DNA of 64,000 bases from Guillardia theta CCMP2712 (GCF_000315625.1 NW_005434614.1:364404-428403); one strand, 5' to 3'; shown: positions 36,367-50,797, counted from the stretch's first letter. Translations and numbers: made by a program. Notes: a model not told the origin generated them from the sequence alone.

Positions 36367-38414
36367 GATGTCGTGTTTGCAGAATGGTCAGAGCTCAAGA
36401 GGAATCGAATCGACCTCCTATGGTAAGCTCTCGTTTGTTCTTGTGGGAAGGGGGAGGAGGGAGGGAGGGGGGCTCTTGATGTTGGCTGAATGGGTTGAAC
36501 AGTTCGAGCAAATGGAAAGTGCCGACCTTGGCAGTTTTGAGTCCACAAGGAAGACGATGAGGTGAAGATGAAGTTGACGAGGAGAATGAAAGCATGATAA
36601 CAATGGGTGGGAGGGGGGGAGGTGTCGAGAAGCTGTTGTGAAGGGGAGGAAGATGTGAAAGAAAGGTGACGGTCGAGGAAGAAGATGGCAAGGTGTAGAT
36701 GATAGTGGTGATAACAATGACGATCATGACGATGGTAATATTGCCTTCCTGCTCACTAGTATTTCAGGGTCTGCACATGTGTGGGAGTAGCCATGTGTGT
36801 CCTCGTGGTGCTAGCAAGCATCATGCTCTGGGATAACGTGGGGATGGGGCCGAAGAGCAAAGGGTATCAGATCAGGGAGACGACAATGTCCGCCGCCCCC
36901 CGGCCTGTGAGGGAGTGGAAGAGCAGAATCCGACAAGCAGCAACAGCCAAGAAGATGCAGGAGAGGAAGGTCAAACGCATCTTAGCTCAGAGAGCGCTGG
37001 ACCTCTCAGAGCAGGCGGCCATCGCTGACGTGGCCAACACGTACGCTCCTCAGAGCTGGTTCGCTAGTCACAAGAGGCCGGAGCGAGGTGTGTGCTCCTG
37101 GTTGTCGTTGTTCCGCTCCTTCTCGTGCATTCCTCTCGCTGCTCCCTACCTCCTCTGCTTGCCTGTCAGCTTGTTTCTCCTCCTCATTTCTTGCTCTCAG
37201 CCGCCATCCTCGCCGTCACTCGCAACCCCCGTGAAGGAGATAAGATTGTGGATCAAGTGGAAGGGGAAATGCTGGACACACACTACAAGGGACAGCGGAA
37301 CAGCGTCGCGCAGGGAGTGAAGGATCTGCTGCCAGGGATGAGCAGGAGGAGGAGGAACGAGATTATCGAGCCGCTTGTGGAAGCAGGCACACAGCGCGCG
37401 CTCCACCGGCTGTCCCTGGAGGTACCTGCTACCTCATTGTGACTTGTTTCTTTCCTCATCATGCTGCAAGGCCGGGAAGGGATGGGTGGACCGTGGGCTG
37501 GGAGAGAGGAAGTTGCACTCCGGGTGGATCACAGATCAGGTCAAGAGCGCCATCGTCAAGCCGGGGGAGCGAGAGAGGAGGGTGCGAACGAGCCACGAGC
37601 ATGCTCATCAAGTCAGACCGTCGAGGCAGCGATCGGGAAGCATGCATCTCCCAGGTACGACAAGAGGAGAGGGGGTTGGAGGGGAGGAAAGGGGAGATGT
37701 GAGGTTGTTTGGATTCGACGCGCTCAAAGCTTTCCTGTAGGGCTAGGGGACGTCAAGAGTGCTCAAGAAGCCGCGAAGGCGTTGGAGCATCTTGCCCGCA
37801 AGGTACCAGCCTGTGCTGCATCCTCCCTCACGACCTCCCTGCCTCTGACTGGAACTGCAGCGATCAGGCAGCAGCCGTGGAAGGAGCGACGAGGATGCTC
37901 AGAGGGATGACCAAGGGCAAGAGGACAACGGGCATGACATGGGGCTGGACCATCCCAAGCACACGCTGCACGCGGCCTTGAGCAAGAGAGGCCTGTCTGA
38001 GCGGGAAGGACTGGACCTTCATCAGGCGCTGGAGCGGAGGAGAGGTAGCAAGCTGCCTTGCTCGCACAGACCTGACGCGTGTGTTGTAGGCCAAAGGGTT
38101 CGCAGTGACGACGATGATCAAGGGGGCGACAGGGGGGATGACGAAGGGAGGAGGCAGGACCAGAAGTACATTCGCAAGATGGTGATGGGGAGAGGAGAAG
38201 AGGAGGATGTGCTGACGAGATCGCAGGCTTCCAAGGAGCTGCGGGGGGAAGACGACTGGGACGACTCGTCGAGAACAGCTCCTGTCGGGCAGAGCATACA
38301 GGTCCCTCTCACCTCCTGCGCCGCCGGAGGATGCTGACAACTGTGGCAGACGTACTTCTCCAAGGGGAACCAGGACTGGATGAACGCGGCTGGTGCATGG
38401 GGGGCTGGAGCTTG
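36367..38414 (+). CDS. Hypothetical single-pass membrane protein; multi-exon
   Basis: GT-AG-bounded coding blocks, TM segment VGVAMCVLVVLASIMLW, terminal exon TYFSKGNQDWMNAAGAWGAGA*. Confidence 0.5.
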
Positions 38415-39007
38415 AGGAGGAGCGAGGAGGCTCTCGAGCTTCGTGTATACTAGCACCTCTTGTCTCTGTATGATACTTGTCTTAGAGACTCATACCGTCA
38501 CCCCAGTGCCTCTGAGCCCCCCTCAGTCACCTCCCTGTTCCAACTTGCACTTCTGAGTTACCAAACATGCTCCGGCAGTCACTCGGAGCCCCCCTCTCAT
38601 CCCAGCGGCCGCAAGTTCCGAGTAAGCCGTGAAATCGGATGCCCGGCGGCTGGCAGCGGCGACTGCCACTGATGACTGTGACACTGAGCACCGGCCGCCC
38701 CGCGGCGGGTTGAGTGACTCCGGCGGCGGCACGGGGCTGAGGCACCGCCGGGCGGCCCGGCTGACTCAGTGAGGCTGCCATTTGCCGCCCCCTTGAAGCA
38801 GTGTGACTCGCCGGACTCATTGAGTGCTTTTAACTTAACTTTGAGTGCTTTCAATGGCCCAGTGCTGGTCTGATGATTCCCGGCCCGTGGGCCGAGTTGC
38901 TGTAGTACTAGACCATGTTGCGACGGCGGTTACCGTACCGCAACAGTCAAAGGTAACTAAAGTAACGGTCATCATGTGAGGCCGTTGAACTTCGGAAGGA
39001 GCTAGTC

Positions 39008-41790
39008 ATGCAGGTTACACGGTAGGAACATGGACGAGAACAGCGAGGTGAGGGAGGAGAGGAGGAGAGGAGAGGGGAGGAGAGGAGAGGAGAGGAGAGG
39101 AGAGGATAGGAGAGGAGAGGAGGAGGAGAAAAGAGGGTTTCTTGCAAGAGGATGAGACTTCATCACAGGAGTTCGACTACGGGCATGCGCGGTTCGGTGG
39201 CAGTCTTGCGACATGGCAGCGAGGATGGGGCAAGGAGAAGCCTCTCACGCCGCGCACGAGGAAGAAGAAGATCGCTCTAGTCTGTCAGAGGGTGTCGGGA
39301 CATGCTCGTGATCCGCTCCATAGGCAAAGAGGCAGGCGGAGGAGGAGAGGCAGCGGCTAGCAAGGGAGCAAGAGGCGGCAGCTTGGCTGGGTAGGATGAG
39401 AGGGAGGAGGAGAAGAATGACGGCTCTGCAGAGGAAGAGGCGAGACGGCTCAAGGTCTCCTCCTGCCGCTTGCAGGCACTTCCTGAGATGGGTGATGCTT
39501 GCAGGAGGAGGCAGAGAGGGCGAGGCTGGAGAGAGAGCTAGCAGAGAGACTGGAGAGGGAGAGGAAGAAGCGAGAGCAGCAAGAGAAGATCGATTCACAT
39601 GTGCTACCCTATACTGCCTTCCTCCTCCATTCTGTCCTTTCCTTCCCTTCCCTTCCCTTCCTTTCCCTTCCTTTCCCTTCCTTTCCTTTCATTCCTTGCA
39701 CTTCCCCCTCCCTTCTTTCTCTACTTCTCGATCTGAGAGCTCACAGATGGTCAAAGTGCGGAGAGGTTTGACGCAGGCGAGCTTTGAGAGGATGCTGGAG
39801 ACTTGCGTCCGCTTGCAGAGGTGAACATGGAGGAGGAAGAGGAGGAGGAGGAGGAGGAGGAGGAGGAGGAGGTGGTGGTGGTGGAGGAGGAGGAGGGCAA
39901 GGGACTAACATTGAGCAGGCGGGTGATGGAGCAGGAGATGCTTGACGTGCTGCGCGAGGTGGCGGAGGGGCGACATGCACGAGCGTGTGCTGAAGAGCTT
40001 GAAAGGGTATGCCAACCTTCTGCTCATTCCCAGTCCCCTCCTCCTCGTTCTGCTCCTCATGCTGTTCCCGCTCTTGCTCCCCCCGCCTCCCCCTCTCCGC
40101 CCCTCCTCCTTTCTCGTCCTTGTCGTCGTCCAGTCCTCCTCCTCCTCCTCCTGATTAAGTTAGCAGGAGATGCGGGACGAGGAGGCGGTTCAGCGTTGTT
40201 TCCTGCTGGGCTGTCTGGATGGGCTGGTGAAGGTTGTGGAGGAGGCGCTTCGACTGGATGCGCGTCTAGATGCTCGTTCTCGGATTCCTCTCGGGAAGCT
40301 GGCAGGAAAGCTGGGGGAAGTTGGAGTGTACTGGGAGGAGGAGGAAGAGGAGGAAGAGCGCACGGGACTTGAGCTTGCTCTGTTCTCCTCTAAGGCCTCG
40401 GTAATTCTCCTGCTCCTCCTGCTCCTTCTGCTCCCTGGACCTTCTCCTCCTGCTCCCTGGACCTTCTCCTCCTGCTCCCTGGATCTTCTCCTTCTGCTCC
40501 CTGGCTCTTCCTTTCATTCTGTCTCCTCCTCCTCCTCCTCCTCCTCCTCCTCTTGTTCGCCTCGCTCTTTCTCCTTCTACTACTTCCTTTGCTTGCTTTC
40601 CCTCTCAAATTTCTCAGTCAAAGTCTGAATCATCATCAGGGCCCCTTCTTCCAGACAGCGGAAGGTAAATCTCCAGTGTGCGTCCGGATACTGAACCAGC
40701 AAGTAGCAGAGAAAGAGGAAGTAGTTGTTCGCCTCCTACGTCTCGGAGCAGATCCCAACACGGTTGCCTGCTCCTCTTCTTTCCTCTCTCCGAGGCTCTC
40801 TCCTCTCTTCTTTCCCCTCTCCCCTGCTCTTCTCTCCTCTCTCTCCCCTGCTCTCCTCTCCTCTCTTCCTCTCTTCTCTCTTCCTCTCTCCTCTCTCTTC
40901 TCCTCTCCTTTTCTCTCCTCTCGTTCCCTTTCCTCTCCTCTCTCTCTCCTCGCAATTTTCTTGCCTATTCTTCTCCCCTCCTTGACATGCTCTTCCAGCG
41001 CGACTCCGTCGGCTGCTCGCCTCTCATCCTCGCCTGCGAGCAGGTGCCTTGCTTGTTCCACGGCGGCAGCTGACAGCTGGCAGGGAGGGGCTCGAGCTCA
41101 GCGGGAGGTAGAGCTCCTGCTGGATGTCAACGCAGACCCTCGAGTGAAGGTCAGGACGTTAGTCTCTCCTCCTCGTTTCTCCTGCTGTCCTCGTTCTCCT
41201 CCCTCCTCCCGCCCTCCCTCTGCTTCCCCTCCCTCTCCATCTTACACTTCCTCTTTGCCCTCCACCTCCATCCCCCCCTACTCTCTCTCGCTCTCTTCCC
41301 TTTCCCCTGCCTTTTCTCGACTTCCCTTCCAAGTTGCTCTGCTCTGCTCTGCTCTCATCTCTCCGCTGCTCTTCGTTTCGCCTCCTCAACCTTGCTCGCA
41401 GGATTTTCTCGGCCGAACTGCTCTCGAGCTCGCCTTGCGGTGGGAGCAGCAGGAAATTGCCGACCGCCTCATCGCGGTAAGAGGGGATAGAGAGATTCGA
41501 GAAGCGAGGAGGGAGGGAGGAGAAGGGGGAGAAAGGGAGGGAGGAGAAGGGAGAGGAAGGGAGGGAGAAGGAGGAAGAGAGGGGGAGGGAAGAGGAGGAA
41601 GGGAGGTGGGGGGAGGAGGAGGAAGGGATTAAAAGGGAGGAGGAGGAGAAATCAAGGGAGAGCAGGACAGAAGACAGGCATGAGGAGGAAGGAGTAGAAA
41701 AATGTGCTAGCTTGACATGTCGTTCCTGACACGTAACAGGCGGGAAGTGATGTTGGCGAAGCGCTGGACAGATTGAGGTAACACGAGGAG
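39008..41790 (+). CDS. Ankyrin-repeat protein with N-terminal coiled coil; multi-exon, ends approximate
   Basis: VRLLRLGADPNT|RDSVGCSPLILAC; VELLLDVNADPRVK|DFLGRTALELA..EIADRLI. Confidence 0.8.
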
Positions 41791-41999
41791 GAGGAGGAGG
41801 AGGAGGAGGAGGAGGAGGGAGGAAGGGAGGAGGAGAGCGAGCAGCAGGAGAGAAATGAGGAATGAAGGACGCGAGTTGAGGAGGTGAAGGATGATGGAGG
41901 GAATAGGACAGAGAAAGAGGACAGAGAGAGAGGACAGAGATGGGAGACAGAGAAGGTGAGGATAGAGGAGGAGGATAAGAAATCGGCAGGCTACGGGGA

Positions 42000-44900
42000 G
42001 AGCTCTGCTGGCTCTCAGAAGGGTTTCATGCTCGCGAGGGTTCACTTCCAAGCACCAGGGTAAGACAACATGAATAAAAGGGAGAGGGAGGGAGGGTAGA
42101 CACTGATGCTGCTGCGATGACAACTATGATGATATGAACAACAGCAAGACAATGATGATGATGGTGGTGGTGATGATGATGATGATTTGGATGTAGGTTC
42201 GCTATGCTGGACGAGCTGCGACGAAGTGGGAGTGAAAATCGTCTTCCTGGCTCTCGCTCGCTATGTCCCCATCCGCAGCTGCGACCTGCTGTGGCTTCAG
42301 CGGAAAGTGACAAGAGAAGGAGAGAAGTAGAAGACGACGAGGAGGAGGAGCAGGGGGGAGACTGAAGGAGACTAGGTGGGAGGAGGGGGAGGGAGAGCAG
42401 AAAGAGGAAGGAGAGGAGGGGGAGGGAGAGGAGAGAAAAAGAGGCATACGCAAGCATGCTCCAGGCAAGAAACGACTTGCAAGCCAGGAAGGGGCTGGAC
42501 TGTCGCCATGCTTCTCCTGCTATCGCTGTCGCCTCCTCATACCCTCTCAGCCTCCGCAGCACCTGCACATTCATCACTCGCTCCCCTCCTCCTCCTCACC
42601 CGCCTGTACCCGCCGCTTCTCCTCCTCCTCTCTCCTCGCCATCCTCCAAGCCATCAGGTAGCGAAGACAAAGTTGCCGGCAGCTCCTCTCGTACACTCTC
42701 CTCCTCCCTCGTCGGCAGTCGCTATGCTGTAGGAGCCTTCCGAAGGTTCTGATCGACATGTCATCCTACGCACATACATCCCCCTCCTCCCTCCTTCCTC
42801 TCCTGTCCTCTCTCCTCCTCTCCTCTCCTCGCCTCTCTCCTGCTCTCCTGTCCTCTCCCCTCCCCTCCCCTCTCCTTCATCCTCCCTGACCTTCTCTTCA
42901 GCCCTGCATCTCCGAGCATCGGCATCATAGAAACGTCCAGTAATGAGCCCCCAAACTCGCTGCTCCTCCCCGCCTCACTCCTCCTGCTTGTCTCGCTGCC
43001 GTGCATGGACACGCGGGTCGTATCCTCCAGGACGAGCTTCCCCCAACTTTCCTCGATCCTCTCCAATCTCGTCATCCTCTCCTCCTCTCCTCCTCTCCTC
43101 CTCGTTCTTGAGAAGCTCGAGATGCAACGGAGGGAGGGCGGGGTCTGATGAAAGCTCCATGGCCCCGCAAACGCTTCCTCCATCACCTTTCTAACTCCCA
43201 CCTGTTCCATCCTCCACATGTAAGACCTCTTTCCTCCTCCTCCTCCTCCTCCTCCTCCCTTTCTCCTCCACCTCCCTTCCTCTTTCTCCTCCTCCTCCTC
43301 CCCTCCTCCTCCTCCTCCTCCTCCTCCCTTCCTCCCCCTCCCCCTCCCCCTCCCCCTCCTCCTCTCCTCCTCCTCATTTCTTCCTTCCTCTTCTTTCATC
43401 TCCCTCCTTCCGTCACCTCGATTCCTCTACTTCGTTCCAGCACGCGGCGGCAGGCATGAAGGAGGATTCTCCAGCCCTGGAGGTCGAAGAGCGAGCCTTG
43501 TCTCTCCTCCTCCCTCTCCTGCCTCCTCCCTCCTCGAGGACGGAAGCGCTCGAACGCGACCCGCAGAGATCTTCTCTCCAACGTCTTGGCGACTTCTGAG
43601 TTGTGATGACGTCATGCCTTGTCTGCTCAACGGCTCTGCTTCCAACTTCTCTTCCTCTCCCTCGCTCCTTCCTGGTTCTCTTTCCCCCCTCCCACTCTTC
43701 CTCTTTCCCTCCCGTTCCTCGCTTCCTCCTCCTCCTCTTCCTCTTCGTCTCCTCTCCTCGTCTCACCGCTGATCAGTCTGTCGCTCCTCGCGTAGCTGAC
43801 TGACGAACGCCAGCTGCTGAAGAGTTTCTGCTCGCATGCGAAGATCGACCTGACAAACATCTGACAACAAGTCAGCAGCAGACCAGGAGAGAAATGGGAG
43901 GAGGAGGAGGAGGAGGAGGAGGAGGAGGAGGATACTCGTGCACTCAGTCGTCTAAATCTTCTTTTACGAAACGTCATCATCCTCCAAGCAGCAATGTACA
44001 GAAGCCTGCGAGGGTCTCCATCAATTCGGTTTTCCTCCTCCTCCTCCTCCTCCTGCCCCTAATCCTCCTTCTCATCCTCACTCTTACTTTTTCGTGGTTC
44101 TTCCTGCACTTGATATGTCTAGCAGAGCAGCGAAGCTCTGGACGAATTCGTTTGAGAGGCAGCAGCGAGAAGAGTGACAGTAGGAGCGGGAGGGAAGGAG
44201 CTGAAGAAGAGGAGAGGGAGACAGTGGCGGAGGAGGGGAAGAGGGAGACTGAAGGGACAGGAAGGAGAACAACAGATGGCAGAGGAGAGAAGACAGTGTA
44301 GAGGACAGGATCAGAGCAGATCAAGGAAACAAGGAGAAGGATATTCAGAACATGTATGGGAAGGGAAGGAGGAGAGGAGGAGAGGAGGAGAGGAGGAGAG
44401 GAGGAGAGGAGGAGGAGGAGGGGAGGAGGAGGAGNNNNNNNNNNNNNNNNNNNNNNNNNNNNNNNNNNNNNNNNNNNNNNNNNNNNNNNNNNNNNNNNNN
44501 NNNNNNNNNNNNNNNNNNNNNNNNNNNNNNNNNNTCCTCCTCTACCTTCCTTCCAGATCTGTTGCTAGCCGGCGCATTCTCGACACAACTCGTTCGCTGA
44601 ACTGAAAAGAAGTTGAGACACTGACGTCAGCCTCCTCCCTCTCCCTTACTCGTCCCTTCCTCCCTCCTTCTCTCTACCCTCCTCCTCCACTGTTTCTTCC
44701 TCTCTTCTCCTTCCTCTATTCCCTCTCCTTTCACTGCTCGTCCAACCTCCATCATCATGACGGATTTTCTCTACTCCTCTCCCTCCTCCCATACTTTCTC
44801 CCTCAATCTCTCGTTCCTTCCCAACCTTTCTGTCCTCCCCATCCCTCTCTCCGTCCCTTCAATCGTTTCGTCCTGCTCGTCCTCGTCCTCCTCGTACTCC

Positions 44901-45999
44901 TCCTCGTCCTCCTCACCTCCAGCCCTGTTGCAAGTTCCTGCCCCGACACCTTCACGAGCTCTGAGGCCTGAGGGAGCAGGAGGATCAGCAGCGGACGGCA
45001 CCCGATGCTCTCACCTCCTCGCTGAGCCTCCACATGTCGCGCATGAGCGAGCGAGTAGCTGCCTCCTCCATCCTCTTTGCTCTTGGTCAGCAGCATTGAA
45101 GAGGGGGGATGGGAAGGGAAGGAGCAGACGAGGAGGAGCGATCATGCACGGAGGAAAGGAGGAGAGAGAAAGTGAACGATGCATGATGGGGTGAAAGGCG
45201 TGAGGAAGGAGGAGAAGGGGAGGAGGAGATCAGGAGGGAGAAGATGGGGAGGGAGGGAGGGAAAGGAGAGAAGGGAAGAGAAGGGCGAGAAGGGGACAGG
45301 AGGAGAGGAGGAGGAGGGGTTTGAACAAGGACATCACCCTATACGCGACTGTTTGGCAAAGTAGCTGAATGCCTCTATCTTGCTCCTCGATGGAGGAGGA
45401 GAGGGAGAGGAGAGCATTCCAGGTCTCAGCTTCATGCTCCTCTCTCTCCCTCACCATCCTCCCTATCACTGTCTCCAGACCAGCATTCTTCCTCTGCAGC
45501 TCTCCGATCGTGCTCGCACTCTCCTCGAGCTGTTCACCAGCAGTCAGCAGGGGAGAAGGAGGAGGAGGTCACTTCGTGCCTCGGCGAAGAAAGTCTCCCT
45601 GCTGGACTCTAGCTGCTCCTTGTACTCGAAGCTGAGAGCCTCTGACTTCCTCTGCTCCCTCCGCACCTGCAGCAGGCAAGTAAGAGCTTCGTTCCCCCCC
45701 TCCCCTCGCTCTCCCTCCCCTCCGCCTCTCTTCTTCCTCCTCCTTCCTCCATCTACCTCCCTTCCTTCTTCCTCCTCAAGTTCCCCCTTGTCCTCTCTTC
45801 CTTATCAGCTTAACTTGACCAGCTTCTCCCCCTCCTCCTCCCCTCCTCCTCTTCCTCCACCTCTTCAGTTGCCAGCTGATGAAGATAAGCCAGTTTCTGC
45901 GCCTCCTCTTTGTGCTTGTCAACCTCGTCCAGGTGACGCTGAAGGTCTTCAATCTGTCACAGTAAAGAGCTTGAGGGACGGCTTCGTTCTTCTTCGCAC

Positions 46000-46030
<31 letters not shown>

Positions 46031-47703
46031 TTCTCCTCCTTCTCACGATTGCAACATTCTATCTCAACCTCCTCGTCCTTCTTCCTAGCCCTCCTTCCCG
46101 CTTCTCCTACTCTCCTCCTCTTCGTCCAATTAGCAGGTCCTCCTCCTCCTCCTCCTCCTCCTTCGTCCTCCTCCTCCTCCTCCTCCTCCTCCTCCTCCTC
46201 CTCCTCCTCCTTCGTCCTCCTCCTCCTCCTCCTCCTCCTACCAGCAGATGCAGCAGCTCCTCGTTCTTCTGCATAGAGCTCATTCTCCTCGCGTCTCTGC
46301 TTCCTTCTTGAGTCGAGTGCACTGCGATGAACAGCTCCCCTACCTGTGAGCCTCTTCCTCCTCCTGCCTGCTCACGACCTGATGATCTACCAGCTCATCC
46401 TGCATGGTCAAGATCTGGCAGGAGGTAAGAGGCGGAGGACAGGGAGGAGGAGACCTGGAGCAAGAGGTCCTGGCAATCGTTCTCAGCCACTCTAGCCCTC
46501 TCCTGCTGCTCTGCTATCTTGGCATGCTGCATGGCGCAAACCTCCTCTAACTCCCGCGTCGTTCTGCTCTGCTCCTCCTGCGTCGCGCTCAGAACGTCGA
46601 GTAGAGCCTCCTGCTGCCTGCATGAAAAATCTCAGGGAGCAGGCAGGTAAGAGAGACGATGAGAACGAAGGAGCGAGAGACAGGAGGAGAGTGAGGAAAC
46701 GAGATGAGGAAGAGGAGAGCAAAAAATGGTAGGATGAGATCAGCCAAGTGTTGAAGGGGAGGAGGGAGGGAGGGGAAAGGAGAGGAGGGGAGGGGAAAGG
46801 AGAGGAAGGGTGAGAAGGGATGGGGCGGGGTGGGGAGGGCTAGAAACCGTTGGAAGGCGCGGAGGAGGCGGTCAAGCAGCAGCTTGCTGGAGGCGTGGGA
46901 CAAGAGATCAGAGGATCGCATCTTTCTGATCGTCACACGATAGGAACTTCCTGCCTTCCGTCGCATCCGAAGTTGGACGAGCGGAAGAGGAGAGGAGACC
47001 ATCATTTGCTCAGCCTCCTGCACCGAGAAGGACGCAAGGCTGACCTCCTCCTCCCCCTCCTTGATCGACATCACCAAGTCCCCCTCCTCCACCCCCTGAG
47101 ACTCCGCATCCGACCCCTGCAGGACCGATCCAACGGAAGGGAACGGGCTACCGCCAGCGGCAGGGAGAAGGAAGAGGGGGAGGAAGTACTCGTCGTTCCC
47201 TGTCTGCACGGTCTCTCAGCATTGAAGCCCCTCCTAGCCTCTCAGTGTACCTTCACGCTGCTGCTGCTCTGATCAAGTATCTCCATGACAGCATGGCTGA
47301 TTCTGTGTATGCTCCAGTCTTCCATCGCCTTTTGAATTATCCTCTTCCTCCTCCTCGTCATCAAAACCTCAAGAGCTCTCCTGTTTCTCGTCTCCTGTCG
47401 CTGGTACACCTTCCACCAGTCTACCACTCTCTTTGCCAGCCTTGCATGTCGCTGCCTTTCGTGCGCAACGTTCTTCTCCTCCTCCCTCCCCCCTTCATCA
47501 GTCTGATCAGGCCCGTTGCCTTGCCTTGACGAATACTGCGTGCTATGTCCCAAGTTTGGGATCGAGTCTCCCGATCCTCCACCCTCTCCTCCTCGCTCTC
47601 CTCCCCTCCCTCCTCCTCCTCCTCCTCCTCCTCCTCCTCCTGCATCGCCTGCTCCTTCCACTGGGCTGCCTGGCGGCGTCGTCGGCTCCCATACCTCGGG
47701 CAT
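42000..47703 (-). CDS. PDZ-domain / coiled-coil protein; multi-exon, spans the assembly gap, may be more than one gene
   Basis: VGSVLQGSDAESQGVEEGDLVMSI..VQLRMRR (PDZ), followed by E/Q/R-rich coiled-coil exons. Confidence 0.6.
44435..44534. other. Assembly gap (100 N)
   Basis: Run of N between opposite-strand GAG/CTC tracts. Confidence 1.
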
Positions 47704-48007
47704 TGTCAAACTTCCGACTCGGATTCCGATGGGTTCAACTTGAAAGTGGTCTCGTCCCCCCTCGTACCCATTTCTAACTCTAAGGATTGGAGTTGCCCGC
47801 AAACAGTGTATGAGGAGGCGCCATGGACACCATGGACCCGGCGGACGAAGGTGAGGCCAGAGGAGGGAGGGGGGAGAGGAGGGAGGGGGGATGAAGTGGA
47901 GGAGATGCAGGATGAAGGGAACGAGGAAAAAGAGGAGGAGGGAGATGAGGAGATAAGAGCAAGGGCAAGATTGCTATCAAGGATTTTAGCAGCCTCTCAA
48001 GAGTTTA

Positions 48008-50214
48008 TTGATGCTCGCGCTGTCTACTCGGATTGATCCTGCCTTTCTCGCAGCAGATTCAGGGCCGTGGGAAGAATTTTATTTGGTGCTAAAGCTTCAA
48101 GACATTCAAAATGAGAAGAACAAGAGCAGGCGGCAGTACGTGCCGGTGAGCCATGTTCTGCGACGAGACAAAGATAGCATACAGCACAACATTTCCGACT
48201 CGCCAGACATCGTAGACGACATTTCCAACGCGAAGTTGTTGTCCATTCTTCGACACAAGCGGCATGGTAAGAAGTCTATCAGACATCTGGTCAAGTGCAA
48301 AGTCGAGGGGAGCTCACTAGTGTTCTGGGAGCCTCAGTTGAATCCTCTGACGGCGGAGAAGGACGTCGAGGTGTTGAAGAAGCCGTTCTCGGGCAGGGTT
48401 GATCTCAACGCCTCGAGCATCGTTGAGGTCGATCACACCGGATACGAGATCGTCTTACACGTCGTCGAGTTCTCTGCTGACAAGACGGACTTCGCCATCG
48501 ACTCGTACTGCTTCCTCCAGGCTCCTCAACACATCCGCCCCCAGACAAACCTTGAGGACTTGGGCGCTCTCCTGAGGGAGCGGGTGGCGATGATGCGTCC
48601 CTCCAGGGGCTGGCAGTGAGGTATGACGTGAGTGTGCGGAGCGGCGGAGTAGGAGCGACCCTCGCTTCAGTAGGGCAGAGCTCGAGTGGGAACCTCAAGT
48701 CGGAGGTGTACGACTCGATGATCCTAGTCGATGGCTTCATCCCCATGAGCTGCGGCAAGGACGTCACGTCTAACCGAGTGCTCAGCTCGAACTTTGCTGT
48801 GCAGGCCACTCAGTTGGAGGCGACGCTGAAGCTGCTCAGGTCAACACGGGTCGGAACGGATTCCTCGCTGGGGGTCCTAGATGCGCTCTTGGAGAAGCAA
48901 GGAGTGCAGGCTGACTCGCCCTTCGCTCATACGCTAGCTGGTGCATCTGATGAGAAGGAGCAGGAGAGCGAGGAGGTCGTGTCCTCCTACGCGCCGCACG
49001 TGATGCTGGATGGCATCGCCGGTGAAGTGTGGGATCTAGAGAGCTCGAAAGGATACGTCGCCCTCCGTCACATCCACCTGGGCATGGCGGTCTTACTGCC
49101 AGAGGCTTCATCGGCGACAGCCGTTGCCATGGTCTCGAGCGAGGGCGATGAGTACAGACTCGAGGAAGACGGCGACCTCGAAGCCCGTGACCTCGACTCT
49201 GTTCAGCGACAAGTCATGCTCCAGTTTGCAACGCGAGTCAAACCATCGCGCGCTGGGGAGAGCCAGCAAGGAGCAACTGCCGACATGAGCTTCTCCTGGA
49301 GCCGCTCGCATGACTGGAGCAAATCCACCAACATCGGGGCATGGAGACTGTCCCAGCAGGGGCCCAACCGATGTGCTGTCACCCTCCAGAGAGATCGCAA
49401 CATCGGGGTCCACCTGCTGTGCAACGGCTTCGTTTACATCGGGGGGAGAGATGCAGTGGTCCATCTCGCCTCAGATGCCGCGCTTGTCTCCCCGACTAGG
49501 ATCGCCCTGTCCGAGGTTCCCTCGCTGCTCCCAGACCTGCAAGGGGATGAGGCCCCGCATCACCTTGAGCTGCACAAGGTCAACGACGTGGCCTCATACA
49601 GCCTGCAGGAGACGGAGCACATCTTCTTGTTTCCTCTAGGCAAGACCATCCCTCCTGTGCTCATCACTGTGCAGGGGGCTGGCAGGATCATCCTGTCGAC
49701 TATCCCCGAGCTCCCCCACGGTCTCAGCATTCTCCGCCAGGACGATCGCAGCTTTCAGCTCATTGGCACCCCGATGAAGCTTGTTGACCTCACGCGCTAC
49801 AAGCTCAAGGCTGCAAATCGTTTCGGCAGCATCTCAGTCAATTTCAAGCTGCAGGTCATGGAGAAGCCGAGGGATCTGATGTACGACACTACCAATCTAG
49901 AGCTGACGCTCGGGAAGTTTGTGATGACCTTCCCCAGCAATGTGGCCGGGACCTTTCCTCTCCGCTTTTCTATTCACCCGAAACTCCCAGCTGGTATCAA
50001 GCTCGACCCACAGACTGGTTCCATCGGAGGTCAGCTGGACGAGACGTTCGACTTCAGTCAACCTAATCCACTCTCCTTCACCGTCACTGCGGAGAATTCC
50101 GTTGGTGAAACCTCCTCAACCGTTGTGTTCAACGTGGTCCCTCCGCAGAGCTCTCTGAGCAAAAACAAGACGTCGCCGTGGTTGCTACCCAAGCCGCAGA
50201 TGCCCCTTGTATGA
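48008..50214 (+). CDS. Hypothetical protein with two C-terminal putative Ig (He_PIG-like) domains; frame break near 48600
   Basis: PELPHGLSI..LIGTP..YKLKAANRFG and PKLPAGIKLDPQTGSIGG..FTVTAENSVG. Confidence 0.7.
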
Positions 50215-50548
50215 TAGATCCTCCTGGCGGTAAAAACTGACCGGCAATTCATATCCCTTGTCTGCAAGAAGCTTATTCATGACAGTCTCGTCACTGAGCC
50301 GCCCGCCATGAGGCAAAAGGTGGTGTATGAGGAGCCTGTGTTGGTTGTCATAGACCACCCATTACCTTGATCTTCAGCACTCCTGCAAAACTTTCACTCC
50401 ACAAGACCGTGTCAGAACAGTGAGGAATTTTTGTTTCTTTCTGGTTGAATTCATTTATTGATTCACTTTGAGAGGATTTTTTTCACGATGATAAGATAAC
50501 AAAAGAAAGAGAAGCAGAAAAACGCATTAGCTATTCACAAATGAACAA

Positions 50549-50797
50549 TTAGCAGGGTTCGGCTGCTGATTTGGGCTGTCTGCAATGGCCGGGCGTGCAG
50601 GGAGGTTCAAGTTTACGCCTTGATTCCAAGATTCTTGCGCATGTAGCTCTTGCGCTCAAGATACTCCCTAGACACTGCTTGCCATCGCTGGTAACTCTGA
50701 TTCCACTTCTAGTCTCCGAAGCGTTTCTCACGCAGTTGCGCGTAGGGATGTCGACCAGTGTCACAGTGCGCGAGGGGGCGACGGTTTGATCGAGCAT
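50549..50797 (-). CDS. Small hypothetical protein (paralogue A)
   Basis: RTVTLVD..GIRVTSDGKQCLGSILSAR, homologous to 52229-52402. Confidence 0.55.
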   Translation of the reverse strand: MLDQTVAPSRTVTLVDIPTRNCVRNASETRSGIRVTSDGKQCLGSILSARATCARILESRRKLEPPCTPGHCRQPKSAAEPC

